From contig QGUS02000003.1 of the NCBI GenBank assembly GCA_003242515.2, positions 12,647 through 76,646 of the forward strand: 64,000 nucleotides of DNA, read 5' to 3'. This stretch comes from Actinomycetes bacterium (GTDB lineage: Bacteria; Actinomycetota; Acidimicrobiia; Spongiisociales; ZC4RG35). Below are positions 1 to 10,020 of this stretch, piece by piece (position 1 is the stretch's first letter; the number at the start of each line of letters is the position of its first letter). The translations under genes were made by a program, and so were the position numbers. Under the pieces are notes generated by a model. The model worked only from the letters and a program-made list of their open reading frames with translations. It was not told the origin of the DNA and ran no database searches.

Positions 1-2049
1 CCGTTCGCGGCTCAGTTCGAAGGCGCGGCGGGCGGTGGCGTGGACCGACCGGGCGCGGGCCTCCTCGGTGCGGGCCCGCTCCAGGGCGACCTCGGCGGTC
101 TCGAGGAGGACCGAGCTGGCGCCGTCGGGGTTGGCGAGTGCGGCGCCGTCGGCGGTGATCAGGTCGCCCTCCGGGGTCACGGCCCGGAGGTTCGGGTGGG
201 CGGAGACGATCTCCCAGCCGGTGGACCAGCCCTCGACCACGACCACGTCGCCGAGCAGGGCGGCGGCCATGGTCTGATCGGCTTTCGGCCCGAGGAGGTC
301 GATCAGGGCGTCCAGCCCCTTGAAGCGGGCGACGTCCCGGGCGGTGACGGTGACACCGGAGCGGCCCGTGACCAGGGCGACGGAGCCGGACCCCCGGGAC
401 TTGACCTGCCCGGCCACCTCGCGGAGGGCGGAACGGTCGGGGAAGGCGACGGCGTCGGCCCAGGGGCCGAGGGCGGCGGAGACGGCGGCCTCGTACCCCT
501 CGGGGACGTCCAGCAGGGACGCGAGGCGGCCCAGGCTGGTCGGGGAGCTCTCCACGATCTGGAGGGCCTCCTCGTCGAAGCGTCCGGCGAGCGCCGACTG
601 GATCGCCTCCACCCGGGCCTCGGCGGCGGCGACGGCGGTGCGGGCCTCGGCGAGGGCGCTCTCGGCGGCGGTCCACTGGTCCTGGTCGACCGTGCGGGCC
701 TTCACCGCCTCGTCGTAGGCGGACTGGAGCCTGGTGAGCTCGCCGTCGAGGGTCTTGATCTCGTCGTCGATCTCACGGATCGCGGCGGTCTCCGACTCGA
801 CCTGGGAGCGGACCACCTCGAGGCGGTGGTCGATGGCCTTGATCTCCCGGGTGTCACGCTCGATGGCGGCTTCGAGGGCGCTCAGCTCGCCGCGCACTGC
901 GGCGAGGGCGCCCTCCGGCGAGAGGCTCGCCTGGGTGGCGAGAGCACGCTCCTCGTCCTCGAGACGGCGGAAACCGGCCTCGGCGGCCTCGACCCGGGAC
1001 TGAAGCGTCGACACCTGCCGCTCCAGCTCCTGCTTCTCCGCCTCGATGGCCCCGGCCTCGACGGCGAGGTCCTCGAGAAGGGCGGCGGCGGCCTCGATGC
1101 GGCCCGAGGCGGCACGGGCCCGCTCGTGGGCGACGGAGGCGATGCGGCGGAGACGTTCGCTGGTGGTCTCGAGCAGGGCGGCGGCGCTGGACGCACGGTC
1201 CAGCTCGCCGGTGACTCGGGTCACATCGGCGGTGAGACCGGTGACGCGGGACTCCAGGTCGCCGAGGCGGGACCGGTCGACTTCCATGGTCTCGGTGAGC
1301 ATCGACCGCTCCGAGGTGGCGATGGTCAGCTCCCGGTCGAGCTCGGAGAGCTTCTGCCCGCCGAGGTAGAGACGCAGCTTCACCACCTCGTCCCGGAGCT
1401 CCTGGTAGCGCTCGGCGGCCCGGGCCTGGCGGCGCAGGGGGCGCATCTGCCGCTCGATCTCGCCGATGATGTCCTGGAGCCTGGTGAGGTCCTCGTCGGT
1501 GCGCTCCAGACGGCGCTCCGCCTTCTCCTTGCGGCGGCGGTGCTTGAGGATGCCGGCGGCCTCCTCGATGACGGCGCGGTGCTCCTCGGGTGATGCGTTG
1601 AGGATCTGCCCGACCTCGCCCTGGCCGATGATCACGTGCTGGTGGCGCCCGACACCGGCGTCGGAGAGCAGGTCGAGTATGTCGATGAGCCGGCAGGCGA
1701 CGCCGTTCAGCTCGTAGTCGCTGGAGCCGTCGCGGTAGAGGCGCCGGGTGATGGAGACCTCGTCGAGGTCGATGTCGATGGCCCGGTCGGTGTTGTCGAC
1801 GACCAGGACCACCTCGGCCTTGTTGAGCGCCGGGCGTGCCGCGGTCCCGGCGAAGATCACATCCTCCATCTTCGGGGTGCGCAGGCTCTTCGCCGACTGC
1901 GTGCCGAGCACCCACGAGAGGGCGTCGACCAGATTGGACTTGCCGGAACCGTTGGGGCCGACCACGACAGTGACGCCCGGACGGAACTCGAGGCGCGTGC
2001 GGTCGGCGAACGACTTGAAACCGGCGAGCTTGAGCGACTTCAGATACAA
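1..2049 (-). CDS. smc: Chromosome segregation protein SMC, N-terminal about 683 codons (C-terminus lies beyond the window start)
   Basis: Hand reverse translation from TTG at 2049 gives MYLKSLKLAGFKSFADRTRLEFRPGVTVVVGPNGSGKSNLVDA (Walker A), followed by a long coiled coil. The frame stays open to position 1. It is absent from the ORF track because it runs off the edge. Confidence 0.9.
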   Translation of the reverse strand, partial: MYLKSLKLAGFKSFADRTRLEFRPGVTVVVGPNGSGKSNLVDALSWVLGTQSAKSLRTPKMEDVIFAGTAARPALNKAEVVLVVDNTDRAIDIDLDEVSITRRLYRDGSSDYELNGVACRLIDILDLLSDAGVGRHQHVIIGQGEVGQILNASPEEHRAVIEEAAGILKHRRRKEKAERRLERTDEDLTRLQDIIGEIERQMRPLRRQARAAERYQELRDEVVKLRLYLGGQKLSELDRELTIATSERSMLTETMEVDRSRLGDLESRVTGLTADVTRVTGELDRASSAAALLETTSERLRRIASVAHERARAASGRIEAAAALLEDLAVEAGAIEAEKQELERQVSTLQSRVEAAEAGFRRLEDEERALATQASLSPEGALAAVRGELSALEAAIERDTREIKAIDHRLEVVRSQVESETAAIREIDDEIKTLDGELTRLQSAYDEAVKARTVDQDQWTAAESALAEARTAVAAAEARVEAIQSALAGRFDEEALQIVESSPTSLGRLASLLDVPEGYEAAVSAALGPWADAVAFPDRSALREVAGQVKSRGSGSVALVTGRSGVTVTARDVARFKGLDALIDLLGPKADQTMAAALLGDVVVVEGWSTGWEIVSAHPNLRAVTPEGDLITADGAALANPDGASSVLLETAEVALERARTEEARARSVHATARRAFELSRER

Positions 2050-2116
2050 GGCGTGCTCCGCACTCCTACCTGGCGAATGACAGACATGTGATTTTGCCCC
2101 GTCAGGCTAACAACGA

Positions 2117-2953
2117 TCACGCCCAGTGCTGGCACTTGGGGCAGTAATGAGTGGACCGGGCGCGGACGACGATGCGCTCGATCGGCGTCCCGCAGGTGAC
2201 GCACGGCTCGCCCGTCCGGCCGTACACCCGCAGCGACCTGAGGTTCTCCCCCGCCCTGCCGTCGGGCAGGAGATAGGCGAGGTCGTCGAGGGTGGTGCCG
2301 CCGGCGTCGATGGCGGTGGCCAGGACCTCCCGCATCGCCCCCACCATCGCCTCCAGGCGTTCGAGGGGTATGTCCCCTCCCGGCGTCAGCGGATGGACGC
2401 CGGCCCGGTGGAGCACCTCGTCGGCGTAGATGTTCCCGAGACCCGCCACCGGGCCCTGGTCGAGCAGCAGCGCCTTGATCGGGGCCTTCCGCCCGGCCAG
2501 CTTCGCCTGCAGGGCGGCGGCGTCGAGACCGTCGCTCCAGGCGTCCGGCCCGAGGCGGCCCAGGGTGGACGAGGCCATCTCGTCCTCGTCGTAGACGGCG
2601 ACGAAGCCGAAGGTCCTCGGGTCGGTGAACCGGACCACGGTGCCGTCGTCCAGATGGAGCATCACGTGGGTGTGGGGCGGAACCTCGTCGTCGGCGGCGC
2701 CGTACGAGAAGCGGCCGGACATTCCGAGGTGGGCGATCAGCGTCCAGCCGTCGTCGAGGTCGCCGACGAGGAACTTCCCGTGGCGGCGCAGCGCCAGGAC
2801 CCTCCGTCCGGCGAGCCGCTCCTCGACCTCCCGGGTCGACGCGTTGCGCCGGGCGGTGCGGGGATGGGTGACCTCGGCCCGCTCGATCACCCGGCCCACG
2901 AGCACGGGCTCGAGATGGCGTCGGGTGGTCTCTACCTCGGGCAGTTCGGGCAA
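2117..2953 (-). CDS. mutM: Formamidopyrimidine-DNA glycosylase (Fpg/MutM)
   Basis: TTG at 2953 gives (M)PELPEVETTRRHLEP, the catalytic Pro2/Glu3 N-terminus. C-terminal zinc finger CVTCGTPIE...YCPKCQ. Track ORF 2117..3088 over-extends upstream. Confidence 0.9.
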   Translation of the reverse strand: MPELPEVETTRRHLEPVLVGRVIERAEVTHPRTARRNASTREVEERLAGRRVLALRRHGKFLVGDLDDGWTLIAHLGMSGRFSYGAADDEVPPHTHVMLHLDDGTVVRFTDPRTFGFVAVYDEDEMASSTLGRLGPDAWSDGLDAAALQAKLAGRKAPIKALLLDQGPVAGLGNIYADEVLHRAGVHPLTPGGDIPLERLEAMVGAMREVLATAIDAGGTTLDDLAYLLPDGRAGENLRSLRVYGRTGEPCVTCGTPIERIVVRARSTHYCPKCQHWA

Positions 2954-2996
2954 CACATCTCCTGGTGGGGGGCGCCGGATTACGGTAACCCCCCGA

Positions 2997-3881
2997 ATGC
3001 GGATACTCCCCCGGCCGTTCGGGCTGATCGTCGCCGACGCCATGGCCGTCCTCGGCCGCACCTGGAAGACCCTCGTCCCGGTCTCCATCGCCGTGTTCGT
3101 GCCAGCGGCGCTGGCGTCCTGGGCGGCCTACTCCATCCCGGGGGCACTCGAGTTCGTGGAGGCCATCCTCCTCGAGCCGGAGACCCTGGCCGGTCTCCCC
3201 GCCGCGGAGTTCTGGGAGCGGGCCCGGCCGTTCGTCACCGCCGCGGTGGTCACGATGGTCGTGCAGCTCCTCGCGTCCGTCCTCGTGTTCCTCTTCTGCC
3301 ACCGCGTCGTGATCGCGTCGGTCCGGGAACAGCCCACCGGCCGGGCCTCCCTGCAGAGGGTGCTCCGCCGCTACCCCGTCGCCGCCGCGGCCACCGTCCT
3401 GTCCGCGGCCGCCGCGTTCGGTCTCTTCCTGATCGGGTACACGGTGTGGAGCATCCCGGCGACCATCGTCGCCTTCCCCAACCCCACCGCAGAGTTCGCC
3501 GGCACCGTCCTCCTCTTCGCCTTCACCGGCCCGGGGATCTGGCTGGCCGTGTCCATGTCGATGGTGACCCCGGTCGCCTCCGTGGAGGAGAAGGGGGTCT
3601 TCGCCTCGATCCGACGCAGCGCCGCCCTGGTCAGGGGCCGTTGGTGGGCCACCCTGGGGTTCCTGCTGGTGGTGGCGATGCTCGGGATCATCGCCGTGAA
3701 CCTGATCCAGCTGGTGGCCATCCCCGTCACCGCGGCCGGTGGCGGCGGCGCCACCCCGATCGCCTCGCTGCTCGGCGTCCTGGCCCAGGGACCGATCGTG
3801 GCGGCGATGGGCGTGATGTTCACCAGCTGGTACCTGGACCTGCGGGCCCGCAAGGAAGTGCTGCTGGTCGCTCAGCTCTGA
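2997..3881 (+). CDS. Polytopic membrane protein of unknown function
   Basis: ATG at 2997 lies in frame within ORF 2625..3881. There are several hydrophobic helices (LVPVSIAVFVPAALASWAAY, LGFLLVVAMLGIIAVNLIQLVAI). The upstream part of the ORF is antisense shadow of mutM. Confidence 0.6.
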   Translation: MRILPRPFGLIVADAMAVLGRTWKTLVPVSIAVFVPAALASWAAYSIPGALEFVEAILLEPETLAGLPAAEFWERARPFVTAAVVTMVVQLLASVLVFLFCHRVVIASVREQPTGRASLQRVLRRYPVAAAATVLSAAAAFGLFLIGYTVWSIPATIVAFPNPTAEFAGTVLLFAFTGPGIWLAVSMSMVTPVASVEEKGVFASIRRSAALVRGRWWATLGFLLVVAMLGIIAVNLIQLVAIPVTAAGGGGATPIASLLGVLAQGPIVAAMGVMFTSWYLDLRARKEVLLVAQL

Positions 3882-4540
3882 GCGAGCCGGCGGAGGGCCT
3901 CCTCGGCGGCGCCCTGCTCCGCCTCTTTCTTGGAGCGGCCCTCGCCCCTGCCCATGACCTCGCCGTCGATGACAACTTCGGCCACGAACCAGCGGTCGTG
4001 GTCCGGCCCCGACCCCGTGACCTCGTAGGCCGGGCGCTTGCCGGCCTGGGCCAGCACCTCCTGGAGGCGGGTCTTGTAGTCCTTGATGCCCGGCTGGCGG
4101 GCCCGGTCCTCGATCCTCCCGCCCCAGAGGTCGAGGATCATCCGCCCGGCGACCTCCAGGCCTGCGTCCAGGTAGACGGCGCCGATCACGGCCTCCATGG
4201 CGTTGGCGAGTATCGAGTCCTTGCCCCGGCCACCGGAGCGCTCCTCGCTGGGCGACAGCTCCAGGTAGGCGCCGAGATCGATCGTCCTGGCGATCTCGGC
4301 GAGCGTGGGACGGCTGACCAGGGCGGCCCGGATCTTCGCCATCTGGCCCTCGGGGAACTGCGGGTAATCCTGGTAGAGGCGCTCGGTGATCACCAGCTGC
4401 AGCACGGCGTCACCGAGGAACTCGAGGCGCTCGTTGTCGGCCCGGCCGGGGTCGTCTGCGCTGACGGAGCGATGGGTGAGTGCGAGTAGCAGGAGGTCCC
4501 GGTCGGCGAAGGTGTGGCCGAGCCGGGCTTCGATGCTCAT
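3872..4540 (-). CDS. rnc: Ribonuclease III
   Basis: ALTHRS...NERLEFLGDAVL RNase III signature plus a C-terminal dsRNA-binding domain (GEGRSKKEAEQGAA). Confidence 0.93.
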   Translation of the reverse strand: MSIEARLGHTFADRDLLLLALTHRSVSADDPGRADNERLEFLGDAVLQLVITERLYQDYPQFPEGQMAKIRAALVSRPTLAEIARTIDLGAYLELSPSEERSGGRGKDSILANAMEAVIGAVYLDAGLEVAGRMILDLWGGRIEDRARQPGIKDYKTRLQEVLAQAGKRPAYEVTGSGPDHDRWFVAEVVIDGEVMGRGEGRSKKEAEQGAAEEALRRLAQS

Positions 4541-5505
4541 ACGAGGCGAGCCGCGATCTTCCCGGGGAGGTCCCGCTCCGCGGCCTCCGCGGCAACCTGG
4601 AGCGCGTTGGCGATCGCCACCCGGCTCGACGAGCCGTGGCCGATCACCGCGACGCCCTTCACGCCGAGCAGCTGGGCGCCTCCATGGGTCTCCGGGTCGA
4701 GACGGTGCCGCACCTCGTTGAGGGCGGGCAGCACCTGGGCCCTGACCTCGGGCGGGAGCTTGGAGATCGCCTCCTGGAAGTACCCGCCGACGAGCTTGGC
4801 GGCGCCCTCGGTGGTCTTGAGGAAGACGTTGCCGACGAAGCCGTCCGTCACCACCACGTCGCAGCGGTCGGCGGCGACGTCACGCCCCTCGACGTTGCCG
4901 ATGAAGTTGAGGCCGCTCGCCTCCAGGATCTCATGGGCCGTCTTCTCCAGCTCGCGGCCCTTGCCCTTCTCCTCGCCGATGTTGAGCAGGCCGATGCGGG
5001 GGCGCTCCACGCCGAGGATCAGCTCCGCCGCGACCGATCCCATGACGGCGAACTGGAGGAGCTGGTTGGCGTTCACCTCGGGGTTGGCCCCTGAGTCGAG
5101 GACGAGCGTGGGGGTGCCGGGTGTCGGGAAGATCGTGGCGATGGCCGGACGCTGCACGCCCTTGATGCGGCCGACGAGGAGCGCCGCCGCGGCCATGGCC
5201 GCACCGGTGGAACCGGCGCCCACGAAGCCGGCGGCGTCGCCCGAGGCGACCATTCGGGCGCAGACCGAGATGGAGGCGTTGGGCTTCTCCCGGAGCGCAC
5301 GCGCCGGGTCCTCGCCCATCTCGATGACTTCGGGCGCGTCGACGACGGGGAGGTCGGCCTCGAGCCGCTCCAGCTCGGACCGGACGATGGACTCGGGACC
5401 GACGAGGACGACATCGACCCCGCGACGCGCCGCATCGACCGCACCGGCGACGGTCTCTGCGGGGGCGTGATCGCCCCCCATGGCGTCGAGGGCGATTCGG
5501 GCCAA
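4537..5505 (-). CDS. plsX: Phosphate acyltransferase PlsX
   Basis: MARIALDAMGGDHAP N-terminus and overall PlsX-like sequence. 4-nt overlap with rnc. Sits downstream of rpmF, as in many bacteria. Confidence 0.9.
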   Translation of the reverse strand: MARIALDAMGGDHAPAETVAGAVDAARRGVDVVLVGPESIVRSELERLEADLPVVDAPEVIEMGEDPARALREKPNASISVCARMVASGDAAGFVGAGSTGAAMAAAALLVGRIKGVQRPAIATIFPTPGTPTLVLDSGANPEVNANQLLQFAVMGSVAAELILGVERPRIGLLNIGEEKGKGRELEKTAHEILEASGLNFIGNVEGRDVAADRCDVVVTDGFVGNVFLKTTEGAAKLVGGYFQEAISKLPPEVRAQVLPALNEVRHRLDPETHGGAQLLGVKGVAVIGHGSSSRVAIANALQVAAEAAERDLPGKIAARLV

Positions 5506-5510
5506 TCGGG

Positions 5511-5687
5511 TCAGTCGGTCGCGATCACTTCACGGCCGGCGTACGTGCCGCACTCCCGGCACGCACGGTGCGGGAGCTTCGGCTTGCCGCACTGTTCACA
5601 GGCCACGGTGCGCGGCGCGTCGACCTTCCAGGCGGCCTTGCGCTGCCTGGTCCTCGAACGCGAGCTCTTCTTCTTGGGCACCGCCAT
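5511..5687 (-). CDS. rpmF: 50S ribosomal protein L32
   Basis: Not in the ORF track (58 aa). Hand translation gives MAVPKKKSSRSRTRQRKAAWKVDAPRTVACEQCGKPKLPHRACRECGTYAGREVIATD, with the L32 N-terminal motif and a CxxC...CxxC ribbon. Confidence 0.9.
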   Translation of the reverse strand: MAVPKKKSSRSRTRQRKAAWKVDAPRTVACEQCGKPKLPHRACRECGTYAGREVIATD

Positions 5688-5704
5688 GACGGAGCACTCC
5701 TGAT

Positions 5705-6196
5705 TCAGGGGTCGAACAGGTCCTTGAGGGATGCGAAGGGCGAGTCGGAGTCATCCGGGTGCCCGTCGCACGGATCAGTATTCAAGTCGGTTCCGCAGAT
5801 TGGGCAAAGTCCCTTGCAGTCCGGCTTGCAGAGCGGGGCCAGCGGGATGGCGAGGGCGAGCTCGTCGGTGGCCGGACCGGACATGTCCACGGTGCCGTCG
5901 ACGATGGCGTATCCGTCCTCGTCAGGGGTCCTGGAGAAGTGCTGGCTGCCGGTGACCTCGAGGCTCTCGGTCCACTGCGTGAGGCAACGGGTGCAGGTGA
6001 GGTCGACGGGTGCGGTGACGGTGAAGGCGGCCTCCACGCCGTCGACGGTCCCGGTGAACGTGCCGGTGACCGCCATCTCGTCGTCGACGGCGGAGTCGAG
6101 GACGGAGACGTGGACGTGCTGGACGCCGGAGAAGCCGCGCTTCTGCCCCGGATGCCCGGCGATCCCTTCGACCTTGAAGATGAGAGCGTCACTCAT
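5705..6196 (-). CDS. yceD: YceD/DUF177 family protein (large-subunit rRNA accumulation protein)
   Basis: C-terminal CKPDCKGLCPICGTDLN motif and acidic tail. Classic yceD-rpmF-plsX gene order. Confidence 0.8.
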   Translation of the reverse strand: MSDALIFKVEGIAGHPGQKRGFSGVQHVHVSVLDSAVDDEMAVTGTFTGTVDGVEAAFTVTAPVDLTCTRCLTQWTESLEVTGSQHFSRTPDEDGYAIVDGTVDMSGPATDELALAIPLAPLCKPDCKGLCPICGTDLNTDPCDGHPDDSDSPFASLKDLFDP

Positions 6197-6309
6197 GACC
6201 TACCCCGTGTCCCGTTGCTCGTGCCTCGACCCCGTGGCCGGGCCACCTCCGGTTTGGCCGGCTGCCTTCCCATCGCTCCCGGCGATGAGGGACCGATGGT
6301 ACGGGGTGT

Positions 6310-6858
6310 CTACAGGGGAACTTCCGGCGGCTTGGGGCGGGCCTCGTGGAGCTCGGCACGAGCACGCTGGATCTCCGCCATCAGGCCGGCGAGGGTCGAC
6401 TCCGCCTTCTGCAGGCTCTTCTCGATGAGGTCCTCCGCCTCCAGCCGGATGCGCCGGGCCTCGCCCTCGGCGCGGCGGACCAGGATGTTCGCCTCCTCCA
6501 CGGCCTCGGCGACGATGTTGTGCTCCGAGACCAGGCGGTCGGCCTCCTCGCGGGCCTTGGTGACGATCTCTCGCGCCTTCTCGTTGGTGCGGGCGATGAA
6601 CGCCTCCCGCTCCCGGACCATCCAGCGGGCCGCCCGCAGCTCGTCGGGGAGGCTGGCGCGGATCCGCTCCAGGCGATCGAGGAACAGCTCACGGTCGACG
6701 AGGGCGTTCGACGACAGGGGCATCGACTTCGCCTCGTGGAGGTGGACGAGGAGGTCGTCGATCATGTCGAGCACGTCCTCCGGCTCCGCCGGGGGCACGG
6801 GCGCCGTCGCCGGCGCCTGCTCGATCTGTTCCTCGACGAAGTCCCGTTCCTCGGTCAT
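6310..6858 (-). CDS. Conserved coiled-coil protein of unknown function
   Basis: 182 aa with an acidic N-terminus followed by a long Arg/Glu/Ala heptad-like helix. 4-nt overlap with coaD. Codon usage is typical of the genome. Confidence 0.6.
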   Translation of the reverse strand: MTEERDFVEEQIEQAPATAPVPPAEPEDVLDMIDDLLVHLHEAKSMPLSSNALVDRELFLDRLERIRASLPDELRAARWMVREREAFIARTNEKAREIVTKAREEADRLVSEHNIVAEAVEEANILVRRAEGEARRIRLEAEDLIEKSLQKAESTLAGLMAEIQRARAELHEARPKPPEVPL

Positions 6859-7322
6859 TGCAGCTTCTCCTTCAGGGCTAGCTCGACGGCTTGGGGCACC
6901 AGGCCGGTTATCGACCCTCCGAGCCTCGCCACCTCCTTGACGAGGGAGGAAGAGATGAACGAGACGTCCGGGCTCGTGGGCAGGAACATGGTCTCGATGC
7001 CGGAGAGATGCCGGTTCATGTGGGCCATCTGCGTCTCGTACTCGTGGTCGGCGGTGGTGCGGATCCCCTTCACGATCACGTCCACGCCCTTCTCGCGGGC
7101 GTGGTCGACCAGCAGGCCCGAGAAGGTGGTCACCTCGACGGTGTCGCCGAAGACCACCCGGAACAGGTCGGCCCGCTCGGCGGCCGTGAACATGTGGCGC
7201 TTGGAGGGGTTGTCGATGACGGCGACGATCACCCGGTCGAAGACGGCGCGGGCGCGTTCCACGAGGTCGATGTGCCCATTCGTGGGCGGATCGAAGCTAC
7301 CGGGGCACATCGCGGTCGTCAT
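6855..7322 (-). CDS. coaD: Phosphopantetheine adenylyltransferase
   Basis: CPGSFDPPTNGHIDLVERA (HxGH nucleotidyltransferase motif). 155 aa. Confidence 0.93.
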   Translation of the reverse strand: MTTAMCPGSFDPPTNGHIDLVERARAVFDRVIVAVIDNPSKRHMFTAAERADLFRVVFGDTVEVTTFSGLLVDHAREKGVDVIVKGIRTTADHEYETQMAHMNRHLSGIETMFLPTSPDVSFISSSLVKEVARLGGSITGLVPQAVELALKEKLQ

Positions 7323-7861
7323 CGGCTCACCTTCTCGTACCGGAAGATTCTTGTATCCCCGTACCGCTTTGCCGCGGCACTCTCCCAGGTTTTCGGAGCT
7401 GACGGCTCCCGGTCACCGTGGCGACGGGACAGGACGACCGTAGCTCCCGGCGCCAAGCGGGCGTCGAGCAGGGCGAGGTCGCGGTCCAGCTGCTCGGTGG
7501 GCATGTCCCACGGCGGGTCGATGAACACGAGGTCGAAGGTGGCGTCCGACGACTCCAGCCAGGAGCGGACGTCGGCGACCACGATCTCACCTCCGAGACC
7601 CACGGCGGCGAGGTTGGACCTCAGGGCCTCGACCGCCTTGCGGCCCTTCTCCACGAACACGGCCGACCGTGCGCCCCGGGACAGGGCCTCCAGGCCGAAG
7701 GAGCCGCTGCCGGCGTAGAGGTCGGCCACCCGGGCGTCGTCGACCAGGGGCCCGAGCGAGCTGAACACCGCCTCCCGCACGCGGTCGGTGGCGGGCCTGG
7801 TTCCCGTCGTGTCCGGGGCCGCCAGCCTCCTCCCCCGTGCCTGTCCGGCGATGATCCTCAT
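7319..7861 (-). CDS. rsmD: 16S rRNA (guanine966-N2)-methyltransferase RsmD
   Basis: MRIIAGQARGRRL, DLYAGSGSFGLEALSRGA and FIDPPW motifs. ATG at 7861 overlaps the recG stop (ATGA). Confidence 0.85.
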   Translation of the reverse strand: MRIIAGQARGRRLAAPDTTGTRPATDRVREAVFSSLGPLVDDARVADLYAGSGSFGLEALSRGARSAVFVEKGRKAVEALRSNLAAVGLGGEIVVADVRSWLESSDATFDLVFIDPPWDMPTEQLDRDLALLDARLAPGATVVLSRRHGDREPSAPKTWESAAAKRYGDTRIFRYEKVSR

Positions 7862-10020
7862 GACACGAACAGCCACTCGACGCGGTCGCCCAGGACCGCC
7901 CTGATCTCCTCGACGAGTGCGGGCTGGGTGACCAGGTCGGGGTCGGAGGCGACCAGCCCGAAGGCGTCCCGCCGCGCCGCGATCAGCATCTCGAAGTCCT
8001 CCAGCAGGTCGGCGACCCGCAGGTCGCCCATGCCCGACTGCCGCGCCCCGAACACCGTGCCCTGGCCGCGGATGGCGAGGTCGACGTTGGCCAGCTCGAA
8101 CCCGTCGGTGGTGGAGACGAAGGCGGAGAGACGCATCTCGGCCTCCTCGCCCGGCGGGTCGGAGATGACCACGCAGTGGCCCCGGTGGGAGCCGCGACCG
8201 ACGCGGCCGCGCAGCTGGTGGAGCTGGCTCAGGCCGAACCGGTCGGCGTCCTCGATGACCATCACGGTGGCGTTGGGCACGTCAATGCCCACCTCGATGA
8301 CGGTGGTCGACACCAGCACGTCGATGTCCCCGGCCCGGAACGCGGCCATCACCTGCTCCTTGTCGGCGGGGCGCATCTGGCCGTGGATCAGGCCCACCCT
8401 GAGGTCGGAGAAGATGGCGCTGAGGCGGGCGTGCTCCGCCGTGGCGGACGCCGCCTCCACCTTGTCGCTGTCCTCGACCAGGGGGCACACCACGAAGGCC
8501 TGGCGGCCCTTCGCCACCTCCTGCCGGACCAGGTCCCAGGCGAGCCCCTCCTGAGCCTTGTGGACGTGGCGGGTGATCACCGGCGCCCGTCCCGGCGGCA
8601 TCTCGTCGATCACGGAGACGTCCAGGTCGCCGTACAGGGTCATGGAGAGGGTCCGGGGGATCGGCGTGGCGGTCATGATCAGAAGGTCGGGGTCGATCCC
8701 GGCCGCCTTCTCCTTCAGCTTGATCCGCTGATGGACGCCGAAGCGGTGCTGCTCGTCGACGATGGCAACGCCGAGGCGGGCGAACTCCACCCCCTCCTGG
8801 ATGAGGGCGTGGGTGCCCACGAGCATGTCGACCCTCCCCGCGGCGACGTCTTCCAGGAGCGTGGCCCTGGTGATCTCCGGGTCGTAGTTGGAGGCGGCGG
8901 TGTTGCCGGTGAGCAGGCCGACGCGTACCGCCGGCTCGTCGGTCTCGAAGAGGCTGGCCATCCCGAGCCGGGCGCCCTGCCCGAACGGCTCCGGGGACAT
9001 GCCCGCCTCGGCGAGGAGGTGGGTGACGCCCAGATAGTGTTGCTCGGCGAGGACCTCGGTGGGCGCCATGATCGCTCCCTGCCATCCGCCCTCCACCCCG
9101 GCGAGCAGCGCCATCACCGCGACGACGGTCTTGCCGGAGCCGACCTCGCCCTGGAGGAGCCGGTGCATCGGGTAGGGGCCGCGGAGGTCGGCGGTGATCT
9201 CGTCGATCACCCTCCGCTGGGCTCCGGTCAGCCGGTAGGGGAGGCCGGAGAGGAACCGTTCCGTCAGCTCACCCGTCGGCTCGTGGGCGACGCCCCGGGA
9301 CTCCTCGAGGCGGCGCCGCTTCTGCAACGCCAGGGCCAGCTCGAGACGGAAGAACTCGTCGTAGACGAGCCGCCGTCGGGCATGGCCGACCTGGTCCATC
9401 GACTGCGGGAAGTGGATGTTCTGGAAGGCGTCGTCCCTGGTCACGAGGCCATGGGTGGCGAGGAACTCCACCGGCACCGGGTCGGCGACCGGCCGCGACC
9501 GCTTCAGGGCCTGCCGGATCAGCTGGGCCACCTTCCACGGCTTGAGCTGGCCGACCTGGGAGTGGACCGGGGTGATCTCGGTGTCACGGAGCAGGTGCTC
9601 CCCCTCCGCCAGCCGGCGGGCGAGACGGACCCGGATCTGCTTCTTCCCGGCGAAGGTGTCGACCACTCCGGTGACCGCCCACCACGACCCCGGCTGCAAT
9701 TGGGCGGCCATGTGGCGCTGGTTGAACCAGACCGCGGTGATCGTGCCGGTCTCGTCGGCCAGCACGGCCTCGATGATCAGCAGGTTGCGCCGCGGCCGGC
9801 GGTCCCGGACGGTCCGGACCTGGCCCTGGATGGTCACTTCGGCGCCCTTCGAGGCGGTGGCGATCGTCGTGCCCTCCGCCTCCATGTAGCGGTGTGGGAT
9901 GAAGTGGAGGAGGTCGGCCACGGTCTGGATGCCCGCGTTGGCCAGGGCCCGGGCACTCGCCGGGCCCACTCCGGAAAGCTCGGTCACGGGGATCTGGCTC
10001 AGCCGGGCGAGGGTGGCCAT
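7858..10020 (-). CDS. recG: ATP-dependent DNA helicase RecG
   Basis: 720 aa. Wedge domain followed by a helicase core: GEVGSGKTVVA (Walker A), IVDEQHRFG (motif II), GQMRPADKE. Confidence 0.93.
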   Translation of the reverse strand: MATLARLSQIPVTELSGVGPASARALANAGIQTVADLLHFIPHRYMEAEGTTIATASKGAEVTIQGQVRTVRDRRPRRNLLIIEAVLADETGTITAVWFNQRHMAAQLQPGSWWAVTGVVDTFAGKKQIRVRLARRLAEGEHLLRDTEITPVHSQVGQLKPWKVAQLIRQALKRSRPVADPVPVEFLATHGLVTRDDAFQNIHFPQSMDQVGHARRRLVYDEFFRLELALALQKRRRLEESRGVAHEPTGELTERFLSGLPYRLTGAQRRVIDEITADLRGPYPMHRLLQGEVGSGKTVVAVMALLAGVEGGWQGAIMAPTEVLAEQHYLGVTHLLAEAGMSPEPFGQGARLGMASLFETDEPAVRVGLLTGNTAASNYDPEITRATLLEDVAAGRVDMLVGTHALIQEGVEFARLGVAIVDEQHRFGVHQRIKLKEKAAGIDPDLLIMTATPIPRTLSMTLYGDLDVSVIDEMPPGRAPVITRHVHKAQEGLAWDLVRQEVAKGRQAFVVCPLVEDSDKVEAASATAEHARLSAIFSDLRVGLIHGQMRPADKEQVMAAFRAGDIDVLVSTTVIEVGIDVPNATVMVIEDADRFGLSQLHQLRGRVGRGSHRGHCVVISDPPGEEAEMRLSAFVSTTDGFELANVDLAIRGQGTVFGARQSGMGDLRVADLLEDFEMLIAARRDAFGLVASDPDLVTQPALVEEIRAVLGDRVEWLFVS

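Noticed and set aside
40-1593. Long plus-strand ORF (517 aa) plus nested ORFs opposite smc.
   Set aside because: These are antisense shadow ORFs typical of high-GC genomes (Gly/Asp/Leu/Arg-rich, no motifs). The minus strand carries an unmistakable SMC sequence.
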